Source of the DNA: Candidatus Latescibacterota bacterium
GTDB taxonomy: Bacteria; Latescibacterota; UBA2968
Assembly (NCBI GenBank): GCA_965205975.1
Contig: OZ242195.1
Span: 1,536,001 to 1,600,000 of the forward strand
DNA: 64,000 bases
Direction: 5' to 3'
Part shown: piece after piece, positions 1 through 9,968 of the stretch
Position numbering within the stretch: position 1 is the first letter of the stretch
Layout: each line of letters opens with the position of its first letter
Translations under genes and position numbers: made by a program
Notes under the pieces: generated by a model
Database searches by the model: none
The model's input: only the letters and a program-made list of their open reading frames with translations
Told to the model about the DNA's origin: nothing

Positions 1-2
1 AA

Positions 3-437
3 CTCTCCCGGATTCATATGAGGGCGGGAGAAGGCGGTCCATTCGGTGCGGTTATCGTCAAAGATGGAAGAATTATTTCGGAGGGGTATAATGAGGTGCT
101 CTCCAGCAAAGACCCCACAGCCCACGCGGAGATCATGGCCATCAGAAAGGCTACATTCAAGCTCGACACCTTCCACCTCCAGGGATGCGAAATCTACACC
201 AGTTGCGAACCCTGCCCTATGTGTCTCGCCGCCATCTACTGGGCCAGAATCGAGAAAATTTATTTTGCCAATACCGCTGAAGACGCCAGAAATATCGGCT
301 TCGACGACCAATTCTTTTACCAGGAATTGCAAATGCCGCGAGCCAAACGTCAAATCCCCTCCCAGCAGTTGCTGCGCGATCAGGCATTAGCGGTCTTCAA
401 TGAGTGGCAGGAAAAGGTGGATCGCATTGAATACTAA
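3..437 (+). CDS. Nucleoside/guanine deaminase (cytidine deaminase-like, Zn-dependent); probably 5'-truncated by the window edge
   Basis: GGPFGAVIV, HAEIMAIR and CEPCPMC zinc-binding motifs; frame is open back to the window start. Confidence 0.85.
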   Translation, partial: LSRIHMRAGEGGPFGAVIVKDGRIISEGYNEVLSSKDPTAHAEIMAIRKATFKLDTFHLQGCEIYTSCEPCPMCLAAIYWARIEKIYFANTAEDARNIGFDDQFFYQELQMPRAKRQIPSQQLLRDQALAVFNEWQEKVDRIEY

Positions 438-529
438 GGCGACTTGAGGACTTTACACTTTCCTTCAAAAGCGATACCTTAAGCGAGAAACGGATGAGCA
501 GAACGGACTGACCACTAACAATTCACCAC

Positions 530-1627
530 ATGAACGACCTTACAATCTATTTCACCACAAGCCTTTGTGCTGTGTACATCACGCTGATCGCCATTTTTTT
601 ATTCGGTCTTTTTCGCAGATCGCGGCAAGTAAATGGACGGTGTCTATCTGTTTCCGTTATTGTGCCGGCTCGCAATGAAGCCGCCAACATCGATGCGTGT
701 TTGCGGGCATTGGCCACACAGACCTATCCTGACGACCATCTGGAAATTATCGTTGTAGATGACCGCTCCACCGACAATACCGCCGCTCGAATCGACAAAT
801 GGACGCGCTGTTTACCCAACCTGAGTCGCGTATCTGTCACACAGCAGGACTATATTTGCCCCAAAAAAAACGCCCTGTGGCAGGGCATCAAACACGCGCG
901 TGGAGATATTATTTTTACAACAGACGCCGATTGTCGGCCCGGTCCCAATTGGATTGTGTCAAACCTCGCGCACTTTGCGCCCAACATCGGCATGGTCATC
1001 GGCCACGCCCCCCTCTTGAAAAGCGAAAAAGCCCTATCGGGCCTGCTATCTCTCCAGGCACTCATTGTCTCAACTCTCGCAGCGGGCAGCGCGGGCATTG
1101 GATTTCCGCTCACCTGTTCGGGGCGCAACATGGCTTATCGCAGAAAAGCCTTTGATGAGGTCAACGGTTTTAACAACGTCGGGCATATCATTGGCGGTGA
1201 CGATGTATTGCTCATGCGCCAATTCGCGCAAAAAAGCGCGTGGAAAATTCGGTTCAACACAGACGCCGATGCATTTGTCCCCTCAGCGTCTCACCCGGAC
1301 AATCTTATCAATCGACAGGTGCGCTACCAATCCAAAACCATTCACTACGGCATTCCCACCTTGATTCTGGCTCTTGCGGTGTATATATTCCATGCCATTC
1401 TGGCGACGCTGCCCATTTTGTTCTGGGTCAACGCCGAATTATTTTATGTGGTCGGCTCTTGCCTGGGGATCAAAATAATCGCCGATGCCATTTTTTTGCT
1501 CTTCGGCAGTATCCAATTCAAAAACCTGAAATTGCTCCTGTGGTTTCCAGTTCTCGAAATCCTGATCATACCCTATATTGTCATCTTATGCGCGCTCGGC
1601 ACATTTTCACCGTTCAAATGGAAATAA
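530..1627 (+). CDS. Glycosyltransferase family 2, membrane-anchored
   Basis: IVPARNE, VVDDRSTD, TTDAD and GDDVLL motifs; N- and C-terminal TM helices. Confidence 0.9.
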   Translation: MNDLTIYFTTSLCAVYITLIAIFLFGLFRRSRQVNGRCLSVSVIVPARNEAANIDACLRALATQTYPDDHLEIIVVDDRSTDNTAARIDKWTRCLPNLSRVSVTQQDYICPKKNALWQGIKHARGDIIFTTDADCRPGPNWIVSNLAHFAPNIGMVIGHAPLLKSEKALSGLLSLQALIVSTLAAGSAGIGFPLTCSGRNMAYRRKAFDEVNGFNNVGHIIGGDDVLLMRQFAQKSAWKIRFNTDADAFVPSASHPDNLINRQVRYQSKTIHYGIPTLILALAVYIFHAILATLPILFWVNAELFYVVGSCLGIKIIADAIFLLFGSIQFKNLKLLLWFPVLEILIIPYIVILCALGTFSPFKWK

Positions 1628-1628
1628 T

Positions 1629-2687
1629 ATGTTATCAATCAAACTCCTGCCCGAAACCTTCATGCGATACCATCGCGCAATCACGCTCCGGCGGCTATGG
1701 AATGCCTCAAAAGTGGTTGCCTCCTACACCCTCTCCAATCTGTTTCGTCGGGATATTCGCATGGGCAAACCCTTTGTGCTCATGGTCGAACCCACCAATT
1801 TCTGCAATCTCAAATGTCCGCTCTGTCCCTCTGGCAATGGCGACATGACCCGCGAGCGCGGCATTATGCCGTTTGAACACTTCAAACATGTCTTCGAACA
1901 ACAGGCCGATCATCTCCTGCTCCTCATGTTGTGGAATCAGGGTGAACCCTTTATCAATAAGCATCTCACCGACATGATTCGATTGGCCTCCGCGCACAAT
2001 GTCCCCACACTGACCAGTACCAATGTCCACTACATTAAAAACCTGGAAACCGCCCGAGACATCGTCGATTCCGGCCTTTCCGAACTCGTGGTCTCTCTGG
2101 ACGGCGTCACATCCGAAAGCTATGTCAAATACCGCGTAGGCGGCAATTTTGATCGCGTGCTCGAGGGCATCCGTCTCCTTGTTCAGGCCAAAAGCGACCT
2201 GCAAAGCAGCTATCCCCTGATCCACCTGCAATTTATAATTATGAAACACAACGAACACGAAATTGAAGCCGCGCGCAAATTCGCTCGGGAGTTAGGCGTA
2301 GATCGCCTCTCGCTCAAAACAGCCCAGGTTTATACCGAATCCGATGCGGAGGCCTTCTTGCCTTCTGAAGAGAAATTCAGCCGCTACGATTACAATGCAG
2401 ACCATCTTTCTACCAAAAGCAAAATCAGCAACACCTGTCGCCACCTGTGGTACAGCACCGTCATCAATTGGGATGGCGCGGTGTCGCCCTGCTGCTTTGA
2501 CAAAGATGTTCACTACGGACTCGGCGACGCCCTCAATGAATCGGACTTCGACCAGATCTGGACCGGTCAAAAATACAAGGACTTCAGAAACGCCATCCTC
2601 AAAGACCGCAAATCTGTACCAATATGCAACAACTGTTCAGAAGGCGTGAAGGGAATGTTTTACGATATAGAAAAAGTCGAGCACTGA
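1629..2687 (+). CDS. Radical SAM protein with C-terminal SPASM/twitch domain
   Basis: CNLKCPLC (CxxxCxxC), WNQGEP, C-terminal CRHLW...PCCFD...CNNC; ATG at 1629 directly after the upstream stop. Confidence 0.9.
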   Translation: MLSIKLLPETFMRYHRAITLRRLWNASKVVASYTLSNLFRRDIRMGKPFVLMVEPTNFCNLKCPLCPSGNGDMTRERGIMPFEHFKHVFEQQADHLLLLMLWNQGEPFINKHLTDMIRLASAHNVPTLTSTNVHYIKNLETARDIVDSGLSELVVSLDGVTSESYVKYRVGGNFDRVLEGIRLLVQAKSDLQSSYPLIHLQFIIMKHNEHEIEAARKFARELGVDRLSLKTAQVYTESDAEAFLPSEEKFSRYDYNADHLSTKSKISNTCRHLWYSTVINWDGAVSPCCFDKDVHYGLGDALNESDFDQIWTGQKYKDFRNAILKDRKSVPICNNCSEGVKGMFYDIEKVEH

Positions 2688-2775
2688 GGAATTAAAAATT
2701 AAGAATGGTTTGGCGGTGTAATCACTTCACAGCCCCTCTTTTTCATCTGCGTCCATCTGCGGATCACACTTCTAA

Positions 2776-3891
2776 ATGGATATTATCCTTCACTTATTGC
2801 TGCTCTTTACAGTCCTCTACGCCCTCGTCGCACTGTGTTTTTTTTTCGGCTTATTCCGCCTGAACAATCAGCCGCGCACCACTGAAACGCCATTTATATC
2901 CATTGTTATTGCCGCGCGCAATGAAGCGGATTATATCGGTCTGTGCCTCAATTCCCTGAAACAACAGACCTATCCATCTGACCGTTTTGAAATCCTCGTC
3001 GTTGACGACGACTCGACAGATAACACATCCGAAATTGTCGCCTCCACGCGCCTGGACAACCACCACCTTTTATCTGTCGATAACAGCTTTCCAGAAATGG
3101 TGGCAAAAAAACGACCGATGTCCGTTGGTATTCACCGTGCCAGGGGGGAATGGATCCTCACCACCGATGCCGACTGCACAGTGCCACCCACCTGGATCGC
3201 CAGCATGGCGTCTTATATGGCGGCTGATACTGGCGTTGTCATAGGATTTTCGCAACTTACATCGCGCTCGTTTTTTGATCGATTGCAGGCTTATGATTTT
3301 CTCACCCTCATGGCCGCAGCTGCCGGTGCGGCTGGGACAGGTATCCCCCTGGCTGCTTCGGGACAAAATTTCGCCTATCGCAAATGTCTTTTTGAAAAAG
3401 TCGGCGGTTTCCGCGCCATAGCACACCGCCCATCTGGCGACGATGTGCTATTGCTCCAATTGCTGCGCCGGGCATGGGATGGACGCATCGCGTTTGCCGC
3501 TGATCCTGACGCTTATGCAACCACCCATCGCCCAGAAACCCCATTATCGCTGTGGCAACAACGCAAGCGATGGGCATCTAATGCTGCGTATCAACTGCGT
3601 CTCAACCCCGTTTTTTTTTCCTATATTGCCGTGGTCTTTTTGACCAACGCGCTCATTCCCATTGCTTTTCTCATCTCAATAACAGACGGCACATACACCC
3701 TGCCCCTGATCTGCTGGGGCGCGAAAATACTGGTAGATCTGCTCGTGGCGGGAAAAGGCGTTTACACCTTCAAACGCACGAATCTGCTCATCATGTTTCC
3801 ACTTTGGGAGATCGTACAAATCCCCTACACCATTCTCATCGGCCTCGCGGGAACCCTGCGCGGATTTACGTGGAAAGGCCGAGATCATTGA
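2776..3891 (+). CDS. Glycosyltransferase family 2, membrane-anchored (paralogue of 530..1627)
   Basis: IAARNE, VVDDDSTD, TTDAD, SGDDVLL and QRKRW motifs. Confidence 0.9.
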   Translation: MDIILHLLLLFTVLYALVALCFFFGLFRLNNQPRTTETPFISIVIAARNEADYIGLCLNSLKQQTYPSDRFEILVVDDDSTDNTSEIVASTRLDNHHLLSVDNSFPEMVAKKRPMSVGIHRARGEWILTTDADCTVPPTWIASMASYMAADTGVVIGFSQLTSRSFFDRLQAYDFLTLMAAAAGAAGTGIPLAASGQNFAYRKCLFEKVGGFRAIAHRPSGDDVLLLQLLRRAWDGRIAFAADPDAYATTHRPETPLSLWQQRKRWASNAAYQLRLNPVFFSYIAVVFLTNALIPIAFLISITDGTYTLPLICWGAKILVDLLVAGKGVYTFKRTNLLIMFPLWEIVQIPYTILIGLAGTLRGFTWKGRDH

Positions 3892-3892
3892 T

Positions 3893-5050
3893 ATGAGGTA
3901 TCTCATGACTACCAAAATCCTATTCTCCCTCCTCAGCCTGCTGCTCGCAATGCCATCCTATGCCCAGCGGCCACGCGCCCGGGATCTCGGCATTCAGATT
4001 GGCACATTGCCCACAGGCACATACAACGCCATTACCGATGTCAAAGGCGTTCTCGTCGGTCACGTCACCTTAATCGAAGGCAGTGGCGAACTCGTCGTGG
4101 GCAAAGGACCCGTGCGAACGGGTGTCACAGCTATTGTCCCGCACGGCGAAGATATCTATCGAAATAATATATTCGCCGCTGCCGAAGCTCTCAATGGCAA
4201 CGGTGAAATGACGGGGATGGCCTGGATTAATGAACGCGGACAACTCGAAGTGCCCGTTGTACTTACGAATACGCTCTCTGTGGGAGAAGGCTATAGCGGC
4301 GTGGTCGAATACATGCTCAAGCAGGGCACCGGACGGGTCCCTCTGCCTGTAGTCGCCGAATGTTATGACGGCGGCCTCAACGATATAGCCGGACGACACG
4401 TCACAGTCGATCACGTTGTCGAAGCCATTGAAACCGCCACGGATGGTGCAGTGCCCGAAGGCTCGGTTGGCGCGGGCACGGGCATGCGCTCGTATGGATT
4501 CAAAGCGGGCATCGGCACAGCCTCGCGCGTTGTCCCAGACGGACATACCGTAGGCGTGCTCGTCAATGCCAACTGTGGGCGCAGGCGGGAACTCCTCATT
4601 GCCGGCGTTCCCGCAGGACGCGAATTACCCGTTCAGACTTCGCCAACGCGCGATGGCTCGATCATTGTAGTCATAGCTACCGACGCGCCCCTGGTGCCGC
4701 ATCAATTGCGCCGCCTGTGCAAACGCGCTGCCATAGGCATTGGTCGCACGGGCACGGTTTCCCGCACCAGCAGTGGGGATTTTGCCCTTGCCTTTTCAAC
4801 CGCCTACCGCGTGCCTCGCACCCGCGCAGACCGCGATACAATTACCACCCTCCGCGATGGCCGGCTAAACGCCATCTTCCAGGCCACCATTGAAGCTACC
4901 GAAGAAGCCATTGTCAACGCCATGTGCGTGGCAGAACCCATGACGGGCCGAGATAATCGCACAATGCCCGCTTTACCACATGACAAATTGGTCGAGATAC
5001 TCAAAAAATATGGTCGGATGAATCAACACAACGATGTACAACAGCGGTAG
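3893..5050 (+). CDS. DmpA/P1 family (S58) aminopeptidase with signal peptide
   Basis: RPRARDLGI, NAITDVKGVLVGH, GSVGAGTG, the autoproteolysis site GS in DGSIIVVIATDAP, SSGDF, EATEEAIVNA. Confidence 0.88.
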   Translation: MRYLMTTKILFSLLSLLLAMPSYAQRPRARDLGIQIGTLPTGTYNAITDVKGVLVGHVTLIEGSGELVVGKGPVRTGVTAIVPHGEDIYRNNIFAAAEALNGNGEMTGMAWINERGQLEVPVVLTNTLSVGEGYSGVVEYMLKQGTGRVPLPVVAECYDGGLNDIAGRHVTVDHVVEAIETATDGAVPEGSVGAGTGMRSYGFKAGIGTASRVVPDGHTVGVLVNANCGRRRELLIAGVPAGRELPVQTSPTRDGSIIVVIATDAPLVPHQLRRLCKRAAIGIGRTGTVSRTSSGDFALAFSTAYRVPRTRADRDTITTLRDGRLNAIFQATIEATEEAIVNAMCVAEPMTGRDNRTMPALPHDKLVEILKKYGRMNQHNDVQQR

Positions 5051-5122
5051 TAGTTCATGCTAATATCTGAACGTTTATCCTGAAAATCCTTTCATCCTAA
5101 AAATCCTGATCCGAGGTGCTCT

Positions 5123-6598
5123 ATGTCTCAAATACCCATCATCACTGCCCTTTGTGCCTATGTTTTCCTCACTCTATTGGTTGGCGTCTATGCCGGCAGG
5201 CGCGTCAAAGATTCCACTGATTTTGTCGTTGCAGGCCGGCGTCTGGGCATCTTGCTGGCAACGGGCACGCTTTCCGCCACATGGTTTGGCACGGGCACAG
5301 TACTCGGCGCGGCAGGCGCGGCTTATGAAGGTGGTTTTTTAGCCGTTATAGCCGATCCCTTTGGCGCAGCCCTGTGTCTGTTTCTCGCAGGCCTTTTTTA
5401 CGTACGAATGATGCGACGCATGGGTGTTTCAACCATTGCCGAATTTTTTGAACGAAGATTTGGCAAAACAGCCGGTGTGGTCGCTGCTGCATGTACGATT
5501 CCGGCTTATATCGGCTGGGTCGCATCGCTGATGGTGGGGTTTGGAAAAATTATCCACGCGCTCACAGGATTGGATGCGGTATTAGGCACCTGCCTGGGCG
5601 CTGCTATTGTACTGATCTATACAACAATAGGCGGCATGTGGGCGGTGACGCTGACTGACTTTATTCAGGTGGCTGTCTTAACCCTGGGGCTGATCTTTAT
5701 GACCCCCGTTCTCCTGAGCGACATGGGGGGATGGGCAGCCATACGAGCACAACTACCCGATGACCAATTTTATCTCTATCCCCGCGATGCGGATATGACC
5801 ACATGGTTTAATTATGCGCGTGCCTGGTTGGTAATTGGCCTGGGCAATCTCGCCGGACAGGACCTTTTGCAACGCAGCTTATCCAGCCGAAACGAAGCCG
5901 TCGCGCAAAACAGCGCATATCTTTCTGGTATTATTTATCTGACCGTAGGTCTCTTGCCCGTTTTTCTGGGCATTGCAGCCACCCTCACATTTCCCAATCT
6001 GACCGACCCCGAGCAGGTGATGATGAAACTCGCGGAAACCTATCTTCCCCCACTCGGCATGGCCGTTTTTATCGGCGCTTTGATCTCCGCACTGATGAGT
6101 AGTGCGGACAGCGCTCTGCTCGCTCCTGCCAGTGTAATTGGCAACGACCTGATCCGCTACCTGCGCCCCGATATTGACGCGCGAACCCAACTGCGCCTGT
6201 GCCGCCTGAGTGTCCCCATCCTCGGCATTATCGCGCTCTATCTCGCCCTTTCGCACGACACGGTCTATACGCTGATGGTCGATTCCTGGTCCATCTTGCT
6301 GGCGACCCTTTTTGTACCCCTCACCGCGGGTATCTGGTGGCCTAAAGCCAATCGCTCTGGCGCACTCTGGTCGATGATTTCAGGTGCTATCGCCTATCTC
6401 ATCCTGCTTCAAATTGCGCCCGATCAACCCGCCGATCTCCTCGCAGTACCCATCGGCTTTCTCGCACTTGTCATCATAACCAAAGCGACCACAAAAATTG
6501 ATCCACCCTTGCCCTTGAGCAATACATCAGGAACACCCCTTGCTTACGACAATCGCCTGGGTGCTCTCAATCCGCTTCGAGGTTCATCTAAAAAGTGA
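5123..6598 (+). CDS. Sodium:solute symporter family protein
   Basis: ~13 TM helices; DFVVAGR, YTTIGGMWAVTLTDFIQ, SALMSSADS motifs. Confidence 0.9.
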   Translation: MSQIPIITALCAYVFLTLLVGVYAGRRVKDSTDFVVAGRRLGILLATGTLSATWFGTGTVLGAAGAAYEGGFLAVIADPFGAALCLFLAGLFYVRMMRRMGVSTIAEFFERRFGKTAGVVAAACTIPAYIGWVASLMVGFGKIIHALTGLDAVLGTCLGAAIVLIYTTIGGMWAVTLTDFIQVAVLTLGLIFMTPVLLSDMGGWAAIRAQLPDDQFYLYPRDADMTTWFNYARAWLVIGLGNLAGQDLLQRSLSSRNEAVAQNSAYLSGIIYLTVGLLPVFLGIAATLTFPNLTDPEQVMMKLAETYLPPLGMAVFIGALISALMSSADSALLAPASVIGNDLIRYLRPDIDARTQLRLCRLSVPILGIIALYLALSHDTVYTLMVDSWSILLATLFVPLTAGIWWPKANRSGALWSMISGAIAYLILLQIAPDQPADLLAVPIGFLALVIITKATTKIDPPLPLSNTSGTPLAYDNRLGALNPLRGSSKK

Positions 6599-6629
6599 GG
6601 CGCTAAATTCCTTGTCCTAAAAAACAAAG

Positions 6630-6657
6630 GCGCAGTTCCGTAATACAGGAACTGCGC
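6630..6657. terminator. Putative bidirectional intrinsic terminator between convergent genes
   Basis: GCGCAGTTCC-N8-GGAACTGCGC stem flanked by A- and T-rich tracts. Confidence 0.7.
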
Positions 6658-6683
6658 TCATTTTATTTATATGCAAGCAAACA

Positions 6684-7442
6684 TCACCTCACCCGCACCC
6701 GATTGATCTTGCTCGCGGCGACACCTGCCCCAAATCCATTGTCGATATTGACCACAGTCACGCCCGACGCGCAACTGTTCAACATGCCCAGCAATGCTGC
6801 CAAACCCTTGAAACTCGCCCCATATCCCACGCTGGTCGGCACGGCAATAAGCGGCACATCAACCAGGCCACCAACCACACTGGGCAGTGCCCCCTCCATA
6901 CCGGCCACCACGATAATCACACGCGCATCCAATAGACTTTCCTTACACGCCAGCAGACGGTGAATCCCGGCAACCCCCACATCGTAAAGTGTTTCAACCT
7001 CATTACCCATCACCCGCGCGGTTTCCACAGCTTCTTCTGCCACGGGCAAATCGGATGTGCCCGCAGACACAACCAGAATTTTGCCGACTGTTTCTGCAGC
7101 GGGAATCTCCCCTGCGACAACCACTGTGCGAGCGAGTGCATTGACATTTGCTTCGGGATATTTTGCGACCAGAGCATCGCGCATCTCAGCATTTGTGCGC
7201 GTTGCCAGCAGTGTCGCACCCGATGACACAATGCGGTCTGCTATGGCGATCACTTGCTCAACCGTCTTTCCCTCACAAAAAATAACTTCGGGAAACCCCT
7301 GCCTCAGCGTGCGGTGGTGGTCAATCCGCGCAAAACCAAGCTCTTCAAACGGCAAGTGCGCGAGGTGTGCAAACGCCTCATCCACATCTGTTTGACCCTG
7401 TGAAACAGCCTCTAACAACGCGCGTATGCGTTCCGGTGTCAC
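6684..7442 (-). CDS. larB: Nickel pincer cofactor biosynthesis protein LarB (AIR-carboxylase-like)
   Basis: [76 protein letters not shown]. Confidence 0.92.
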   Translation of the reverse strand: MTPERIRALLEAVSQGQTDVDEAFAHLAHLPFEELGFARIDHHRTLRQGFPEVIFCEGKTVEQVIAIADRIVSSGATLLATRTNAEMRDALVAKYPEANVNALARTVVVAGEIPAAETVGKILVVSAGTSDLPVAEEAVETARVMGNEVETLYDVGVAGIHRLLACKESLLDARVIIVVAGMEGALPSVVGGLVDVPLIAVPTSVGYGASFKGLAALLGMLNSCASGVTVVNIDNGFGAGVAASKINRVRVR

Positions 7443-8419
7443 GCCGCCCCCCCCGCTTTGATCTGTCCCAGCAAATCCATGAGACGATTCGGATCGTCTT
7501 CTGTCATCAATGTGCGGCGATAAGGAGTAGCGCCGGTCACACCCTTGATATATGCCGCGAGATGCCGGCGCATTTCCAGGACGCCATAGCGCAAACCCTT
7601 AAACGCGATGGACGCCTTGAGATGGTGAACAGCCATTTCCAGGCGGTCTCCCTCCGTTGGCTCAGGCAATAACTCCCCTGTATTCAGAAAGGCCTCCATG
7701 CGCTTAAAAAGCCATGGATTGCCAATAGCCCATCGCCCCACCATCACCAGATCGCAACCTGTTTTCTGCATCATCTCCTTTGCAGCCTCTGGACCGCGCA
7801 CATCGCCGTTGCCGATTACGGGAATCGAAACCGCGTTTTTGACTTCCGCGATAATATCCCAGTCTGCTCTGCCCGCAAATTTCGCCTCGCGCGTGCGCCC
7901 ATGCACGGCAATTGCCGCTGCACCAGAATCTTCAGCAATTCGCGCAACTGCAACTGCCTGATCGGCTTGTGCCCATCCACTTCTAATTTTCAGCGTCACG
8001 GGAATATCCACAGCACGCACCATTGACGCAATGATCTGTCCCAATCTATCAGGTGTATTGAGCAGAGCCGCGCCCGCGTTTTTCGTCACGATTTTTTTTA
8101 CCGGGCACCCGCAATTGATGTCGATAATATCCGGATTGCGCTCTGCCACAACCCGGGCACCTTCGGCCATGACCTCGGGTTCTGATCCGAACAACTGCGC
8201 GGAAATCGGGAACTCATCGGGTTCAAAATCGAGATATTGATTCGACCTCTCACTGCCCTCTGCCAGTCCCTTAGCACTGACCATCTCCGTGACCGCAAAA
8301 CTCGCGCCCTGTTGCCTGCACAGCATGCGGAATGACCGGTCTGTAATACCAGCCAATGGCGCCAGTGCTGTCCGCCCGGGAATATTTACATTGCCGATTT
8401 TTACGCTCATATCATTCAT
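7439..8419 (-). CDS. dusB: tRNA-dihydrouridine synthase DusB
   Basis: [42 protein letters not shown]. Confidence 0.9.
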   Translation of the reverse strand: MNDMSVKIGNVNIPGRTALAPLAGITDRSFRMLCRQQGASFAVTEMVSAKGLAEGSERSNQYLDFEPDEFPISAQLFGSEPEVMAEGARVVAERNPDIIDINCGCPVKKIVTKNAGAALLNTPDRLGQIIASMVRAVDIPVTLKIRSGWAQADQAVAVARIAEDSGAAAIAVHGRTREAKFAGRADWDIIAEVKNAVSIPVIGNGDVRGPEAAKEMMQKTGCDLVMVGRWAIGNPWLFKRMEAFLNTGELLPEPTEGDRLEMAVHHLKASIAFKGLRYGVLEMRRHLAAYIKGVTGATPYRRTLMTEDDPNRLMDLLGQIKAGGAA

Positions 8420-9264
8420 TCTGATGTTTCTCGCGCCTCTAACAACACTTTTGACAATTGCTCGGCAAATTTCACCTGACTGTTGTCCTCGGGTTCATAG
8501 CCGATCTTCTTTCGCGCATTGGAAATCGTCCAGAAATTGTGTGAATTGCCGCTGATACCGTAAAAAATTTGAAATGGAATACCATATTCATCTTCGATAT
8601 TTTCAGCCTCAATGCTCTTCACAATCAACTGCACCTGATCCCGAATGCTCAAATACGCGCCCAAACCCCGATGCATGCTTTTCAAATTCGTGGATTTTGC
8701 GCGATCCATATCGGTCTCGCGCGGCCCACCTATTCGAATCTGCACATTTTCCAGCTTCTTGCCGCCGTTCATCAATCCCGTTGCAAAGGTGAAACCCAAC
8801 AATTCGTATTGCGCCTTTGCCCAGCCGTAATAATTGTCGGAAAGCGGGTACATCTCTGGCGTTACAAATTCCTGCTTACCCGCCCAGATCAGATTTTCAT
8901 AATAATCTGCCGCGTGATTTGAACTGATGATCACGGCGCGTCGAACATTTTCCTCCACACACGTCTGATACACATTGTACGCCATATCGATATTCGTCAT
9001 CTCTGCCCAGAAGCGATCCGCCTCGTCTTTTGCCCGCACAAATCCGCAGTGGATAATCGCATCCTGCCCACTGAAATACTCCCGATACGCATCCCGATCC
9101 CGATTCGTCAAATCCGCAATCACCACATCGCGTACTTCCTCGCCTTCGCGATTGGTCGTCTTCACGTCCAAAATCGTCAGGTCATATCGCTCGCGCAATA
9201 CAGGCAACATCCGCCCGGCAACATAACCCGTCCCTCCTGTAATAAGCACTTTTCTCTTTGACAT
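8416..9264 (-). CDS. NAD-dependent epimerase/dehydratase (uronate dehydrogenase-like SDR)
   Basis: ITGGTGYVAG Rossmann motif, SSNHA, YGWAK (YxxxK). Confidence 0.8.
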   Translation of the reverse strand: MSKRKVLITGGTGYVAGRMLPVLRERYDLTILDVKTTNREGEEVRDVVIADLTNRDRDAYREYFSGQDAIIHCGFVRAKDEADRFWAEMTNIDMAYNVYQTCVEENVRRAVIISSNHAADYYENLIWAGKQEFVTPEMYPLSDNYYGWAKAQYELLGFTFATGLMNGGKKLENVQIRIGGPRETDMDRAKSTNLKSMHRGLGAYLSIRDQVQLIVKSIEAENIEDEYGIPFQIFYGISGNSHNFWTISNARKKIGYEPEDNSQVKFAEQLSKVLLEARETSE

Positions 9265-9280
9265 ATCTGCTCCTCAAATC

Positions 9281-9422
9281 GTAACTGTTTAGGTCATTTG
9301 AATGAATAGCCACAAGATGCACAAAAAACACAAAAGGATGCTGTTGGAGCGGCATCCTTGCCGCGATCAAGGTCGGGAAAAGGATTTCCCTCCTACGCAA
9401 CCACAAGAACCTAAATAGTTAC
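9281..9422. mobile_element. 142-bp MITE with 14-bp terminal inverted repeats and 8-bp target-site duplication
   Basis: TIRs GTAACTGTTTAGGT (9281-9294) and ACCTAAATAGTTAC (9409-9422, 1 mismatch); CTCAAATC duplicated at 9273-9280 and 9423-9430. Confidence 0.8.
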
Positions 9423-9440
9423 CTCAAATCAACTGTTGGA

Positions 9441-9968
9441 TCACGCGCCCAACATACGATGTGCTTCAACCCTCGCACCATTCTCCAACCACTCAATCGG
9501 CTTTTCATTATCACACGTCGGATTTACCCACACAATTTGCTTCAATTCGTTCACCCCATTCGATGTGTTCTTAAAGGCCCTGCGTGCGCTTCCATCCTTA
9601 GAAGTAACCAGCCGATCCGTTGCAATTGCCGCTTCAATGAGATGAACATCTTTGGCAACAATCGCCCTTTGGTCCCTATGCACGGCCTGATCAATTCTAT
9701 TTCGCAAATTGTTATCGCGTTCCTTATCGTTCTCAATGCGATAAACTCGCTTACGGCCGTACATTTGCCTGCGCCATCTTCTCGAATATCTGGACATGTG
9801 GTGATGCCATTCTGCCAGTATCGCATCTGTTATCACAACATGGTGTCCAACATCTAATACTGTCTCTAAAAATCTCCGACACGCACTTGAAATCGGATGC
9901 ACTGTTTCACCCGCAGAATGCACCACATCGGCATCAATCACCAATCGCCGAGAACCCTGATTCGCCAT
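9441..9968 (-). CDS. PIN-like domain protein (putative ribonuclease) coupled to the upstream ATPase
   Basis: LVIDADVV...ILAEW...KDVHLIEAA..DRLVTSKD acidic PIN pattern; ATG overlaps the ATPase stop at 9968. Confidence 0.6.
   Translation of the reverse strand: MANQGSRRLVIDADVVHSAGETVHPISSACRRFLETVLDVGHHVVITDAILAEWHHHMSRYSRRWRRQMYGRKRVYRIENDKERDNNLRNRIDQAVHRDQRAIVAKDVHLIEAAIATDRLVTSKDGSARRAFKNTSNGVNELKQIVWVNPTCDNEKPIEWLENGARVEAHRMLGA

Noticed and set aside
5077..5110. Short ATCCT(G/A)AAAATCCT repeats, and ATCTGCG repeats near 2746-2761
   Set aside because: Very short intergenic repeats; no function can be supported from this window
6684..7442. Complete lactate racemase (lar) cluster
   Set aside because: Only larB is present in the window; dispersed lar genes are common
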